A program made the translations under genes and the position numbers. A stretch of DNA of 64,000 nt, taken from IMG/VR virus record IMGVR_UViG_3300045988_131228, positions 1 to 64,000 of that record, one strand, 5' to 3'. Within the stretch, counting starts at the first letter, position 1. Every line of letters starts with the position of its first letter. The notes beneath the pieces are model-generated. The model saw only the letters and a list, made by a program, of their open reading frames with translations. It was not told where the DNA came from and did no database searches. This DNA is from a virus. Shown here piece by piece: positions 9,281 to 18,959 of the stretch.

Positions 9281-9810
9281 TCACATTTAAAACTGTCTAA
9301 TACGTTCTTTAAATTTTCCAACTGATTCTCTGCTTCTGTTCTTGCGTATTCGTCAACAAGAAATTGCTTTCTTTCCTGTCGGCATTCTTCAAGAATATTA
9401 TGTAATTTTGTATCTGTACTATTAATAATAACTATTTCCGCAGCTTCCCAGTCCTCTACTTCTTGCGATTCTCTTTCTTCAAGATAACGATTATATAAAC
9501 CACGTTCTTGTAATTTCTGTTCTATGTCATCGTCTGGAATAGGATCATCAATCCAATTCTGCATACAGAAATGAATTAACTCTAAAGATTTTCCGTTATA
9601 TGTAGACATATGGAAATTGTTTCCACCAGCTACGTCATACCACATTGTTATAGTTCCATTTTCTGAAATTTCCACAATGTAACGCAAGTTTTTATTTTCT
9701 AAAGATTCTTTATAGGCTTCGATTCCTTTGTTGATAATTCTTTCTTTATTCTGCTCAATCAGTTTTAACCATTCTCTATTAGTCATTGTTACACCTCCAA
9801 AATTTTCCAC
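9277..9810 (-). CDS. hypothetical early protein
   Basis: 177-aa ORF; 4-nt overlap with the downstream gene. Confidence 0.55.
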   Translation of the reverse strand: MENFGGVTMTNREWLKLIEQNKERIINKGIEAYKESLENKNLRYIVEISENGTITMWYDVAGGNNFHMSTYNGKSLELIHFCMQNWIDDPIPDDDIEQKLQERGLYNRYLEERESQEVEDWEAAEIVIINSTDTKLHNILEECRQERKQFLVDEYARTEAENQLENLKNVLDSFKCE

Positions 9811-9897
9811 TAAAAAAGGAAACTAAATTAAATTAGTTTCCTTTTGGTATTCTCTGTTATTCTATTACATTTAGCAACTTATAAAATGTTATCTTGT

Positions 9898-10140
9898 TCA
9901 TAATATTTCAACTTCTTTCACATTCCATGTGATTTTTGTTAAATCATCAGAAATTTTCCCATCATAGTTCTGATGTGTAGAATCCCATATAAGTTCTACT
10001 GTATCATCTGGACGTACACAAGCCCATAAATGATCATGATTTACTTTTGTGATACAGATAATTCCTGTATCGTCAAATGTTCTATGCTTTTCTGCTCTTT
10101 CCTGTTTTAATAATTCCATTGCTTTTTCATAATTTGTCAT
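9898..10140 (-). CDS. hypothetical early protein
   Basis: 80-aa ORF. Confidence 0.5.
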   Translation of the reverse strand: MTNYEKAMELLKQERAEKHRTFDDTGIICITKVNHDHLWACVRPDDTVELIWDSTHQNYDGKISDDLTKITWNVKEVEIL

Positions 10141-10144
10141 AGCT

Positions 10145-10504
10145 TTATTCCTCCATCACGTTCTCTGTATAACTTTCCATATAACTGTTATACAAATTAT
10201 AATAAGTTTCCGCATTATCTGTCAATATCAATTCCAATGTGCTAGTCCATGTATTAACAAAACGTTCTAATACAATCAGATATTTTCTTAATTTCCATCT
10301 GGACAGCTTCAAATTGCTTTCCCCTACTTCACAAAAGTAATTGTCAAGCGTTCCACCTGGAACATATTCTACATCATAATTTCTTTCTTGTAATGAATTT
10401 ACAATATTATCGCACGTTTCCATTGTGGTTCTCATTCTTACATCTTTCATGTTATCAATTCCTTCCTTATTATGTAATGTTCTGTTTAATCGTTCAATCG
10501 GCAT
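10145..10504 (-). CDS. hypothetical early protein
   Basis: 119-aa ORF. Confidence 0.5.
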   Translation of the reverse strand: MPIERLNRTLHNKEGIDNMKDVRMRTTMETCDNIVNSLQERNYDVEYVPGGTLDNYFCEVGESNLKLSRWKLRKYLIVLERFVNTWTSTLELILTDNAETYYNLYNSYMESYTENVMEE

Positions 10505-10535
10505 ACAGAACTATTTTCCGTATACCTATCAGCGG

Positions 10536-10745
10536 TCAAACATTGTTGTATAAGCGGTCAATTGTTCTCATAATCTTCATCATCAAACCATATTCTGTTA
10601 AACCTTCCCACATAACAATAGAAGTCTTTCCGTTTACGGTAACAAACACGCTTTCCGATTCTTCTGAATACGTCACTGTTACTCTGTTTCCGTTTGTATA
10701 CGGATTTTCTTCTAACATTTCATTAAGTTTGTTGATCCATTTCAT
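10536..10745 (-). CDS. hypothetical early protein
   Basis: 69-aa ORF. Confidence 0.5.
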   Translation of the reverse strand: MKWINKLNEMLEENPYTNGNRVTVTYSEESESVFVTVNGKTSIVMWEGLTEYGLMMKIMRTIDRLYNNV

Positions 10746-10761
10746 TTTTCTTTTCTCCTGT

Positions 10762-10971
10762 TCATTCTGTTAATTCTTCTATTGTTTCGCACAATCTTAA
10801 AAGAGCAGCTTTCACCACACTATTCCCGTTAAGTTGTGATAACTCATTATACAGTTGTATTTCCGCTTCTTCTCTGTTTTCTTCATCGTCATAACCGTCC
10901 GAAAGACAATCTATGATCTTTCTTGCTAATTCTGAACTATTCATTCTTATTTCCTCCTCAAATAATCCCAC
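10762..10971 (-). CDS. hypothetical acidic protein
   Basis: 69-aa ORF. Confidence 0.5.
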   Translation of the reverse strand: MGLFEEEIRMNSSELARKIIDCLSDGYDDEENREEAEIQLYNELSQLNGNSVVKAALLRLCETIEELTE

Positions 10972-11246
10972 GCATCACTTAATTTATCATAATTCAAACG
11001 TTTCTTAACTGTTAATATATCATCATTGTAAACAATGTTTTCCAACTCTTCTAAAAGTGGTTTATACTCTTCTTCCGTGGCTTTTAAAGTGTCCCAATAG
11101 TATTGTAAAGTTGCTTCACTATGTTGACCAATGTGCATATAACAAAGAATATTCCCGTAATTAACAGGGTATTCTGGTAAAAAAGCAACTACTTCTTTTG
11201 TATTCTTATCTTTTCTAAATATTACGTCCATCCTGTTTCCCTCCAT
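10947..11246 (-). CDS. hypothetical early protein
   Basis: 99-aa ORF overlapping the downstream start. Confidence 0.5.
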   Translation of the reverse strand: MEGNRMDVIFRKDKNTKEVVAFLPEYPVNYGNILCYMHIGQHSEATLQYYWDTLKATEEEYKPLLEELENIVYNDDILTVKKRLNYDKLSDAWDYLRRK

Positions 11247-11258
11247 GAAATTGTACTT

Positions 11259-11855
11259 TTATCTTGAAATTTTATCCGCATATTCCATCATAAATTGAGC
11301 TGTTTTCTTAATTGTTTTTGATTTGTCGACTACTTCATCATTAAAACAAATTGTAAATACATCGCCAACATTGTCATCAACAATCCAGTACGGTATATTC
11401 TTACGGGGTTTCCAATATGTTGTCCAATAATTATAGTTGTAATTGTCACCAATTATATTTTTTCTATAAAAGTTAGCATCTTCGATTCTTACTGGATGAC
11501 AAATACCATAACCATCAAAAAGCTCTTTTGTAATTATTCTACTATTTTGATATTTTTTAATTGCTTCTTCTTTACCAAAACAAGCAATCCAATTGTATGT
11601 TAAATCTTTTTCCGTATCATTAAAATATTTATAATTCATCATCTCTTTTTCGTTCCGTGGTGTACTATATGACATTTCCCAATTAAAAGGATTGTCTAAC
11701 GCCGGATTTTTCATTCTAATAGGATATGCTTGATCTCCATTTTTTCTAAGTTCAATCCATGCATTTTTTCCACTATCAAGACATGATAATAACATTATCA
11801 TAGCCTTATTTACGTTTGTTGTTGCTTCTGTCCATGTTGTATGTACTTTGCTCAT
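11259..11855 (-). CDS. hypothetical early protein
   Basis: 198-aa ORF. Confidence 0.55.
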   Translation of the reverse strand: MSKVHTTWTEATTNVNKAMIMLLSCLDSGKNAWIELRKNGDQAYPIRMKNPALDNPFNWEMSYSTPRNEKEMMNYKYFNDTEKDLTYNWIACFGKEEAIKKYQNSRIITKELFDGYGICHPVRIEDANFYRKNIIGDNYNYNYWTTYWKPRKNIPYWIVDDNVGDVFTICFNDEVVDKSKTIKKTAQFMMEYADKISR

Positions 11856-11994
11856 ATGTTTAAATTCCTTTCTTTATCTATTCTTTAATGCCTCTATAAC
11901 GCTGTTAAACTCACTTTAACAGTGGTCAAATTGTAACTATTTCCGCTGTTCTCTACATTGATAACTTTTCCACCTGCATAGATATTAATTTCCA

Positions 11995-12189
11995 TTAACG
12001 TTCCACCACCTCTCTGATATAATAGTCTTTCAGATAATAACGACTTGAGCGTGGGTTATTACGCTTTATAACGTAACCTCTTCCGTATCTGCCCTTATAC
12101 GGTTCTTTGATTTCTTTCCCGACAGGAATATATCCCCTGTCGCTTGCGGTATGGTGATATGTATACTTAACTTCTTTCATGCTTTCCAC
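11995..12189 (-). CDS. hypothetical basic protein
   Basis: 64-aa ORF, rich in R/K/Y. Confidence 0.45.
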   Translation of the reverse strand: MESMKEVKYTYHHTASDRGYIPVGKEIKEPYKGRYGRGYVIKRNNPRSSRYYLKDYYIREVVER

Positions 12190-12192
12190 CTT

Positions 12193-12600
12193 CTACTGTA
12201 TAAAGTCCCAACGTTCTATAACGTCATCATCATAATTGCTATATGGGTTATATACGCAATAAGTAATGATTGTATCTCCAATTTCTGCATCATCTACGCT
12301 TGCATAGCTGATATAATAGCCTCCATCAACAGGCGGATTGAGTACAGTTCCGTTCTTTTCATTATCGGTTACTTTTCCGATAATGCGCTCAATGTACATA
12401 ATGTTATGATCTGCTCTTGTTGTAAGCATTTCCTCTGTTAAGTCATTACAATCAATGACTTTTGTGATAGGTGCATTTTTTGCGACATCTGGAAATGTTC
12501 TTGCCTGTACAGGTGCGCTTGTTACGTTTCCGATAATGCTAATACTTGCAAGTGTTATAATTAATGCTTTCTTAATTCTGTTCATCATAGTTCTTTCCAC
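12193..12600 (-). CDS. putative secreted protein
   Basis: 135 aa. N-terminal Sec-type signal MMNRIKKALIITLASISIIGNVTSAPVQA. Confidence 0.55.
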   Translation of the reverse strand: MERTMMNRIKKALIITLASISIIGNVTSAPVQARTFPDVAKNAPITKVIDCNDLTEEMLTTRADHNIMYIERIIGKVTDNEKNGTVLNPPVDGGYYISYASVDDAEIGDTIITYCVYNPYSNYDDDVIERWDFIQ

Positions 12601-12615
12601 CTTTCTTATATATAA

Positions 12616-12771
12616 TTAATATCCTTTTGCAATGTAGTCTAAAAACATCCAAACAGGCATTGTAAACAGGAAGAAAGCGCAAATATATGTAAGTGCTGTT
12701 TTAACTTTCCGCTTGCGTTCCTGTTTAAATACTGCTTTCCAATAACTTCTAGTTCCATAAATCTTTTCCAT
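12616..12771 (-). CDS. small membrane protein (51 aa)
   Basis: Below the track cutoff. Basic N-terminus then a TM-like ALTYICAFFLFTMPVWMFL. Confidence 0.4.
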   Translation of the reverse strand: MEKIYGTRSYWKAVFKQERKRKVKTALTYICAFFLFTMPVWMFLDYIAKGY

Positions 12772-12878
12772 AGTAGTTCCCCTTTCTTTTATGTTGTGTT
12801 ATTTGCCATTATAAGCACTATAAAAGGCACGAATGATATAATTTCCATTCATGCCCTATTTAGTGATTATAAAGCGGT

Positions 12879-13235
12879 TTAGGCTTCATGTTTCCGTTCT
12901 AATTCTTTGCAAATTTCAGAATCGTAGCTAAACGGATATTCTTTCACAAGTCCATTCTTACTGTAAATACTTGTGATAAACTTCACATCATAGAATGATG
13001 TATAATTCAGTGAATATGTAATTGTGTTATTAATATAAATGTTTACGGATTGCCCGTTATCGTAATACTGAAAAGGTACGTCCGATATTTCCAGATCATC
13101 AAGAACTTTCTTTCCTTCATAATAATTTCTTTCAAACTGTTCTTTATTTCCCCATGTTTCACCTTTTGTAAGTTCCTGTAACATTGATACGATTGACATA
13201 TTATTCCACCTCTTCATTTCATCTTTCAAAATCAA
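12879..13235 (-). CDS. hypothetical early protein
   Basis: 118-aa ORF. Confidence 0.5.
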   Translation of the reverse strand: MILKDEMKRWNNMSIVSMLQELTKGETWGNKEQFERNYYEGKKVLDDLEISDVPFQYYDNGQSVNIYINNTITYSLNYTSFYDVKFITSIYSKNGLVKEYPFSYDSEICKELERKHEA

Positions 13236-14160
13236 TCTGTAATGGTTTTACTTTTCCGCTTCTCAATTCTTCCAGTGCGATTTTATTAACTTCATTTGTA
13301 AAATAATCCACCTTGTAAGAATCAATAATTTTGTTTTGATTGTTCATTCTGGTATAAAATTCTTGTGAATTATCTTCCCAGTACCATACAAAATAAGTAT
13401 GAAGAATACAATTTTCATCATCATATACACGCTTACAACGTCTTTTATTTCCATTCATTAAGAAAATATCTTCTGTTACGTTTAATGCGTCATACTCTGT
13501 ATTTGAACAATGATGTTCTACTTCTTTATATGTCCAGATGACCGATCCGCCCCAGGTTTTTCCTGTCACAATAGCTCTATGAGTTCTTAACCACGCTTGC
13601 ATTTCTTCTTCTGTTCTCCATGCGTGATTCTCTATAAAATACTGATAATCACTATCTGATTTTCTATGAGACAGATAATATTTATCATGTGTTTTTGTGG
13701 AAAACATTTCTTTATTATCGTTACATTCCCACAAATTAACAGTTGCGGTAAAATAAACTCCACCATTTGCACATGCCCCGTTATGTCCAAATGTCCAGAA
13801 AATATTAGTTGTCTTTCCAATATATGTAAATCCGTTCATTTCATGATGGCTAAATGAACCACCAGAAGTACTATGACAAAATTCGCCTTCATAAATATTT
13901 GTATACATGCTACCGTGTTCACAAATTTCCGCATCGTCATTAATTTTGGTTATCATTGCGTGTGAGAAATATTCCCCGTATTCATTTGTATATTGCACTA
14001 CATCCCCAACCTGGACACGTTCTCTTGATCGTGAATTTTCGATCATGTCAATGATTTTATTGGCTTTTGTTACGTCTGCTTCTCTAATGCCATGTTCATA
14101 ATCAAAATGATAATTTTCTTTCTTTAATGTTTCCACTGTATATCTTGTCATGTTTTTCAC
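13219..14160 (-). CDS. hypothetical early protein
   Basis: 313-aa ORF. The internal same- and opposite-strand 62-64-aa ORFs are judged spurious. Confidence 0.55.
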   Translation of the reverse strand: MKNMTRYTVETLKKENYHFDYEHGIREADVTKANKIIDMIENSRSRERVQVGDVVQYTNEYGEYFSHAMITKINDDAEICEHGSMYTNIYEGEFCHSTSGGSFSHHEMNGFTYIGKTTNIFWTFGHNGACANGGVYFTATVNLWECNDNKEMFSTKTHDKYYLSHRKSDSDYQYFIENHAWRTEEEMQAWLRTHRAIVTGKTWGGSVIWTYKEVEHHCSNTEYDALNVTEDIFLMNGNKRRCKRVYDDENCILHTYFVWYWEDNSQEFYTRMNNQNKIIDSYKVDYFTNEVNKIALEELRSGKVKPLQIDFER

Positions 14161-14175
14161 CTATTTAACCTTTCT

Positions 14176-14682
14176 TTATAAGTTCTGATTCTTTAAAAAA
14201 TTGTAGCTATTTACTTTATACTGTTCTTCTTCATCTTCATAAATATCAGAAGAACATTTAAAAGTATATCCATGTTCATTTGTATATAATTCGTTACAAG
14301 TACCTTTATATGATTGATTTTGCAAAAATAATTCGTTACCGATATAAAGACAACATGGAAAATATTTCCGTTCTTTTATGTACTTCTCGACATGGTTTAA
14401 ATCATCAAATTTTAAAAATATTTCCATTCCTACGCTTGCCACATCTGGTAAAAACTGCCCAGATGATTCTAAAGGGATATAAATTTCTTTCCCTTTACAA
14501 TCCGTTGAAACAAGACAAATTGCGTTTCCAACGTTTTTATAATAAATGTATTCAACACCTTGATATATGTAATAATTCGGCATTGAAAAATATTTCTTTG
14601 ATTCTTCCAATGTTTCCTTGTTTATCTCTGAAATGGATTTTGTAAGTTTCCCGTTCCTGTCTCTAAATCTTTTGTTTATCAT
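14176..14682 (-). CDS. hypothetical early protein
   Basis: 168-aa ORF. Confidence 0.55.
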   Translation of the reverse strand: MINKRFRDRNGKLTKSISEINKETLEESKKYFSMPNYYIYQGVEYIYYKNVGNAICLVSTDCKGKEIYIPLESSGQFLPDVASVGMEIFLKFDDLNHVEKYIKERKYFPCCLYIGNELFLQNQSYKGTCNELYTNEHGYTFKCSSDIYEDEEEQYKVNSYNFLKNQNL

Positions 14683-14703
14683 GATCTCATTTCCTTCCGT
14701 TCT

Positions 14704-14976
14704 CTATGATATATATGCAAAATCACCTTGCACACCTGTAACAATTACCATTTTCCCGTCATTACGACGATAAACCACGCCACAACCACGGCTATTTGAC
14801 CATACACGCCAACCTTTATTAGTAACAGGTTGTTGATTCTTATAGTCATAAAATGCAAAGTGTGGATTGATTCCATCTTTTTCCTGTTGTAATGCGTTGT
14901 TGATAATTTCTGATTCTGTAGCAGTAAGAATCTTTCCATCTTTTTCACCGATTAAATACAGTTTTTCGTTTGCCAT
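14704..14976 (-). CDS. hypothetical early protein
   Basis: 90-aa ORF. Confidence 0.5.
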   Translation of the reverse strand: MANEKLYLIGEKDGKILTATESEIINNALQQEKDGINPHFAFYDYKNQQPVTNKGWRVWSNSRGCGVVYRRNDGKMVIVTGVQGDFAYIS

Positions 14977-14980
14977 GTTT

Positions 14981-15133
14981 TCACCTCCATATCAGAGCGT
15001 TGATTGTTTCAACGTTCTTTAAAAGCTGTTTACGTGTTTCCTCATAATCTCTTGACATTGCTTTAATCTCTGCAATGTCTTTCTTGATGTGATCCGTGTA
15101 TGGATTCGTGCGACTGAATAACTTTTTGAGCAT
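14981..15133 (-). CDS. small hypothetical protein (50 aa)
   Basis: Below the track cutoff. ATG at 15133. The stop TGA at 14981-14983 lies inside the SD of the next gene. Confidence 0.4.
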   Translation of the reverse strand: MLKKLFSRTNPYTDHIKKDIAEIKAMSRDYEETRKQLLKNVETINALIWR

Positions 15134-15214
15134 TGTTGCATCTTCCTTTCTTATTCTCTATTTATAAGCATTACAAAAGGCACAACGCTTGTTTTGTTGT
15201 GCCATCTCTAAAAC

Positions 15215-15421
15215 TTATAAGGCTCTTTTTACTTTTGTCATATCAAGAACGCCTGTTTCACAAAAGCCTATGAAAGCTTTTACAAGGTCATTCTCTAAAA
15301 AATCAGTGGTATAAAGCATTGTAATAACGCCTTGAGCGACTGATTTATGTAATTTATCATTGGTTACATGGAAGTCTCTTAAAACTTCTTTAATTGCCTT
15401 TTCTGCCTGTCTTGCGTTCAT
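15215..15421 (-). CDS. hypothetical early protein
   Basis: 68-aa ORF. Confidence 0.5.
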   Translation of the reverse strand: MNARQAEKAIKEVLRDFHVTNDKLHKSVAQGVITMLYTTDFLENDLVKAFIGFCETGVLDMTKVKRAL

Positions 15422-15447
15422 GTGTTTACCTCCTTAAAACATGGATT

Positions 15448-15651
15448 TCATTTTGTGTAATACTTTAAAACGTTGATGGTATCTTCAAGGTCGCACATCT
15501 TACAACCTTTAACATTTTCAATCTGCTCTTGAATATCAACAGGAAAAGCAAGGCTCTCAAACGTTTCTTTGCATTCCTGGAATATCTGATTTTGAATTGT
15601 TTCGGGCAACTCACATACATAGGTATGAGCTGTTATCTTTGTTTTTGTCAT
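15448..15651 (-). CDS. hypothetical early protein (first gene of the leftward array)
   Basis: 67-aa ORF. AGGAGGTATAACA precedes the ATG. Confidence 0.5.
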   Translation of the reverse strand: MTKTKITAHTYVCELPETIQNQIFQECKETFESLAFPVDIQEQIENVKGCKMCDLEDTINVLKYYTK

Positions 15652-15926
15652 TGTTATACCTCCTGTTATATATTGTTTATTCTCTTTTTGTTCTCATTTT
15701 TGCAAGCCATTATAATTCAACATTAGAAATTATTTATACTTGACTACTACTCACCGCCACGGGTCTTACGCTTTTGCCCGTCTTTCAAATAACTTTGCTT
15801 GTTGATAATGCCTTGCAACCTAAGTAAAACAAAAAAGTAAATGCTTTATGATATAGAATCAACCACATTTACAAGAATTAACTATTTCGGCAGTCATCCG
15901 CTTTTAACGATTGTATGTTATCGGAA

Positions 15927-16471
15927 AGTTTTATGTATCATTGATAGATGTTACCTTTCAAACTATTTCAGTCTAAACAAAATCTTAGGTCTTTGTTTTG
16001 CATCTTTCCCCGTTTTTTGATCAGATACGGACAACTGAACTTTTTGTTATTGTTACCCTGTTCACATGGGCTTTTGGTTAGACTTTTTATTTACTTGCTA
16101 TCTTGTCAGTATCGCAACCCTTGCAAGAAACTTTATAGCAGTTTATACTTTGTTGCTCTGTATTTTACAAGACTTCTCTTGTCTGGATTTAGTTTATGTA
16201 TTACCAGAATCAAAAATCTGTTTTTTTTGAAAAGAAATAGATAAAACTTTTTGTTGCAATTGCTTTTTAAGATTTTAAAAATCTTTTGAGATATCCGATT
16301 AAAGCTAACCAGATGTCGTTAGACTTGAGGTATCTACTTTTTCAAACTCGACGCGCCCTCACGGGATACTACACGGCTCATAGCTATTAACTAGAGATCT
16401 CACGAATTATTTCGCTTTACCTCACAAGCGGTAACGACTCCGCTTGTCACAATATGAAGTTTTATGTATCA
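15927..16471. repeat. 14-nt direct repeats AGTTTTATGTATCA bracketing an ORF-free, relatively GC-richer core
   Basis: Exact copies at 15927-15940 and 16458-16471. The core contains hairpin ACAAGCGG (16424-16431)/CCGCTTGT (16440-16447). Confidence 0.5.
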
Positions 16472-16505
16472 ACTTGTTTCCCTCTGTTGATGGTATTACT
16501 ATAAC

Positions 16506-16604
16506 ATAGGGCACCCTATTAGTCAATAGGTTACCCTATGATTTTTTATGTTTGTGAATTGTGTATAATTTACATATTTGTATAGGGTACCCTATTAGTA
16601 TAAT
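16506..16604 (+). promoter_or_regulatory. rightward early promoter region with three 14-bp palindromic operator-like sites
   Basis: ATAGGGCACCCTAT 16506-16519, ATAGGTTACCCTAT 16526-16539, perfect ATAGGGTACCCTAT 16582-16595. TATAAT boxes at 16564-16569 and 16599-16604. Confidence 0.5.
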
Positions 16605-16728
16605 ATATACAAATGACCATAGAAAAGTTGACAAGATAAAGCTATAATGTTAATATGTAATACTACTCTTACACCAAAAATGAAAAGAGAATTATTACAT
16701 ATAATAAATAAAGGAAGGTGTAAGAATT

Positions 16729-16917
16729 ATGGCATATAGCCCAAAATCACAAAAAGATTATAATGATAGATGTACAGTTGTAAAACTTAAATATACACCA
16801 GAAGAAACGGAAGAATGTGCAAGAATGAAACGGTATGCAAAAGATAATAACATACCAATGAGCGTATATATCAAGAAGCTAATACAGGATGATCTTGACA
16901 GAAAAGGTTATAAATAA
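16729..16917 (+). CDS. putative ribbon-helix-helix/Arc-like regulator
   Basis: 62 aa. C-terminal NIPMSVYIKKLIQDDLDRKG resembles an RHH helix. It is the first gene downstream of the operators. Confidence 0.4.
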   Translation: MAYSPKSQKDYNDRCTVVKLKYTPEETEECARMKRYAKDNNIPMSVYIKKLIQDDLDRKGYK

Positions 16918-16921
16918 ATAT

Positions 16922-17368
16922 ATGATAGACGATAAAATAACAAAAGAGCACATAGAACATTTAAGAGACATAAACTATTATGATGCTTTAAAGTTGTTTG
17001 ATAATGGAAATATACGTTATTTATATGATGATTTATTTATAGAGTATATACGCCACATAATAAAGAAATGCTTGTTTATAACTGATACTGATAACATGAC
17101 AGATATAATATATAAATGTTTTGTTGTATCTGGTAACGTGTCAAGATGTCTTAATATGCTTAGATATAATAATATACAGTATAATCAAAAGTTATCAAAT
17201 GGAAGATATAGAGTTAATAAGGAAGACGTATATAACGCTTTGAATAATGGTAGATGTGCAGATATTGAAATAGATTTTATAGCACATTTATTATGGTATG
17301 GAAGAAACTACAATGAATTAGATAGTTATATAGATACTATGTTGTCAAAGATAAAACAGTTGTATTAA
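16922..17368 (+). CDS. hypothetical early protein
   Basis: 148 aa from the ATG at 16922. The track ORF starts at 16889 in the same frame. Confidence 0.5.
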   Translation: MIDDKITKEHIEHLRDINYYDALKLFDNGNIRYLYDDLFIEYIRHIIKKCLFITDTDNMTDIIYKCFVVSGNVSRCLNMLRYNNIQYNQKLSNGRYRVNKEDVYNALNNGRCADIEIDFIAHLLWYGRNYNELDSYIDTMLSKIKQLY

Positions 17369-17760
17369 CCGCATATAATAGGAAGTAACCCTTTATCAAT
17401 CATTGTGATCTGCATAACCTGTTATCATGCGTAAAATGTACAGATAGCCTTGTAAGCGTGTAGAATGCGTTTTAAGCGGTTTTGATGCTTATATGATAAT
17501 TATATCGGATAGTGTGCCTAAAGTCGTTTATATAGCGTTTTACAAGGTTGTTTTTAAGATAGGATGTACAGAAAAGGCTACATCTGGACTGTTTAAAACG
17601 TGCAGCATGATGATATTTTTGTATCATTTTAATACATTTTTGAGTGTATTTTTACGTCAATTTGCGTCAAAATGTGCGTTATTTTATGCAAGAATATTGT
17701 ATATTTATACATTATTTGTAATGTGTTTTTATGCAAAAATTTGTATAGAATAGCGTTGCT

Positions 17761-18540
17761 TTTGTGTGTTGGAATGGGTGAAATATTGCGGTAAAGTGTG
17801 AGTATTTTTGTCTGATTTATGATTGAAACGTGATGTATTTTTATCTTGTTTAGAGTATAATTTTATCTGTTTTTATGTGGTTTTTATGTACTGTTTTAAG
17901 TTTTGATCGTGTGATATTTTAATCCCTGGACAGTGTTAGGATACTGTATTTACAATGGTTTTATAGGATGCAGATTGTATAATATGGTGTGGTTAGTGTG
18001 GTTATATTGTGCGTTGTATTATGTGGTATTATGTTAGAGTGAGTGTGTATTGTAGTATATTGTATGGTATGTTAGAGGTATTATAATAGTAGTATTATGT
18101 GATAGGATGTAGATATATAGTGTGATATAGATATATGTATATTGTAAGTTATATGTATGGTTATGTATGATATATAATGTATATTATATTGTATATTATT
18201 GTGGGTTTATGTATAGGTTATTTGATGTTATCGTGTGAGTGTATTGTGTTATGTTTATATAATTTTATATTGTGTTTGGGGATGTGATCTTGTCTTCTGT
18301 TGTGCGTCCAGATTGTTTTATTATGTCCAGATTTTTGTATTATTAAAGTGTGTTACAATTTTTGTGTTACATTTGTGTATTATTTTGTAGTGGTGTGCTA
18401 TCCCATTTTTACCGTTGTTTTTGATGTCAAAGTGGAGCGTATTATTCTGATTTGTTACATTTTTGTGGTGTAAGTGGTGATATAAGTTTGTGTTATGGTT
18501 TTGTGTTACAATCTTGTAATCAAATTTTTTGTTGGAAATT
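17761..18540. other. C-depleted (G/T/A) non-coding block
   Basis: About 40 C in 780 nt by manual count. Uninterrupted C-free run at 18013-18231 (219 nt). No credible ORF. Confidence 0.8.
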
Positions 18541-18580
18541 CAACATAACGAACAGAATTGACCGATAGTCATTTATTCAC

Positions 18581-18630
18581 GTTTTTTCTCTCATTTTCTC
18601 TTGTTTTCTCTTATTTTCTCACTTTTTCTT
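18581..18630. repeat. five tandem 10-bp phased repeats (nnnTTTTCTC)
   Basis: gttttttctc tcattttctc ttgttttctc ttattttctc actttttctt, in exact 10-bp register. Confidence 0.85.
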
Positions 18631-18959
18631 TTTTCGAGTATACTATAATAATATTTATAATTGTCTATACAATTAAAATCTCCCATCCGTGATCGGCAGT
18701 CAATCCACCCGATAAAATTTTAGTTTCATTACATTAATTTTATATCCTGCACCGCCCCGTGTTTTTACCCCTATCAAAAATGTCAAGAAATAACAAAACT
18801 TGACTTTTTACACTTCCCACAAAAGTGCAAAAGTTAGTTTTATTCAACAATAGCAAGGCTTTTCGGGAATTGCATATTACACTATTTTAATCCGATTTTA
18901 TGATTCTGTTTTATAATGTATACCAGTAGGACGGGGATAGTTTACATTTGTAATTTTAA

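Noticed and set aside
15948-16244. 98-aa plus-strand ORF in the divergent intergenic region
   Set aside because: Leu/Phe-rich low-complexity translation of a T-rich sequence. No SD and no neighbouring co-oriented genes.
17493-17753. 86-aa plus-strand ORF at the left edge of the non-coding tract
   Set aside because: No SD and an implausible hydrophobic, low-complexity product. It lies in a repeat-like T/G-rich sequence.
18581-18640. CRISPR array (also searched for elsewhere in the window)
   Set aside because: The repeat units here are only 10 bp with no spacers. No other regularly spaced 24-40-bp repeats, and no cas genes other than the Cas9-ancestor-like iscB, were seen.
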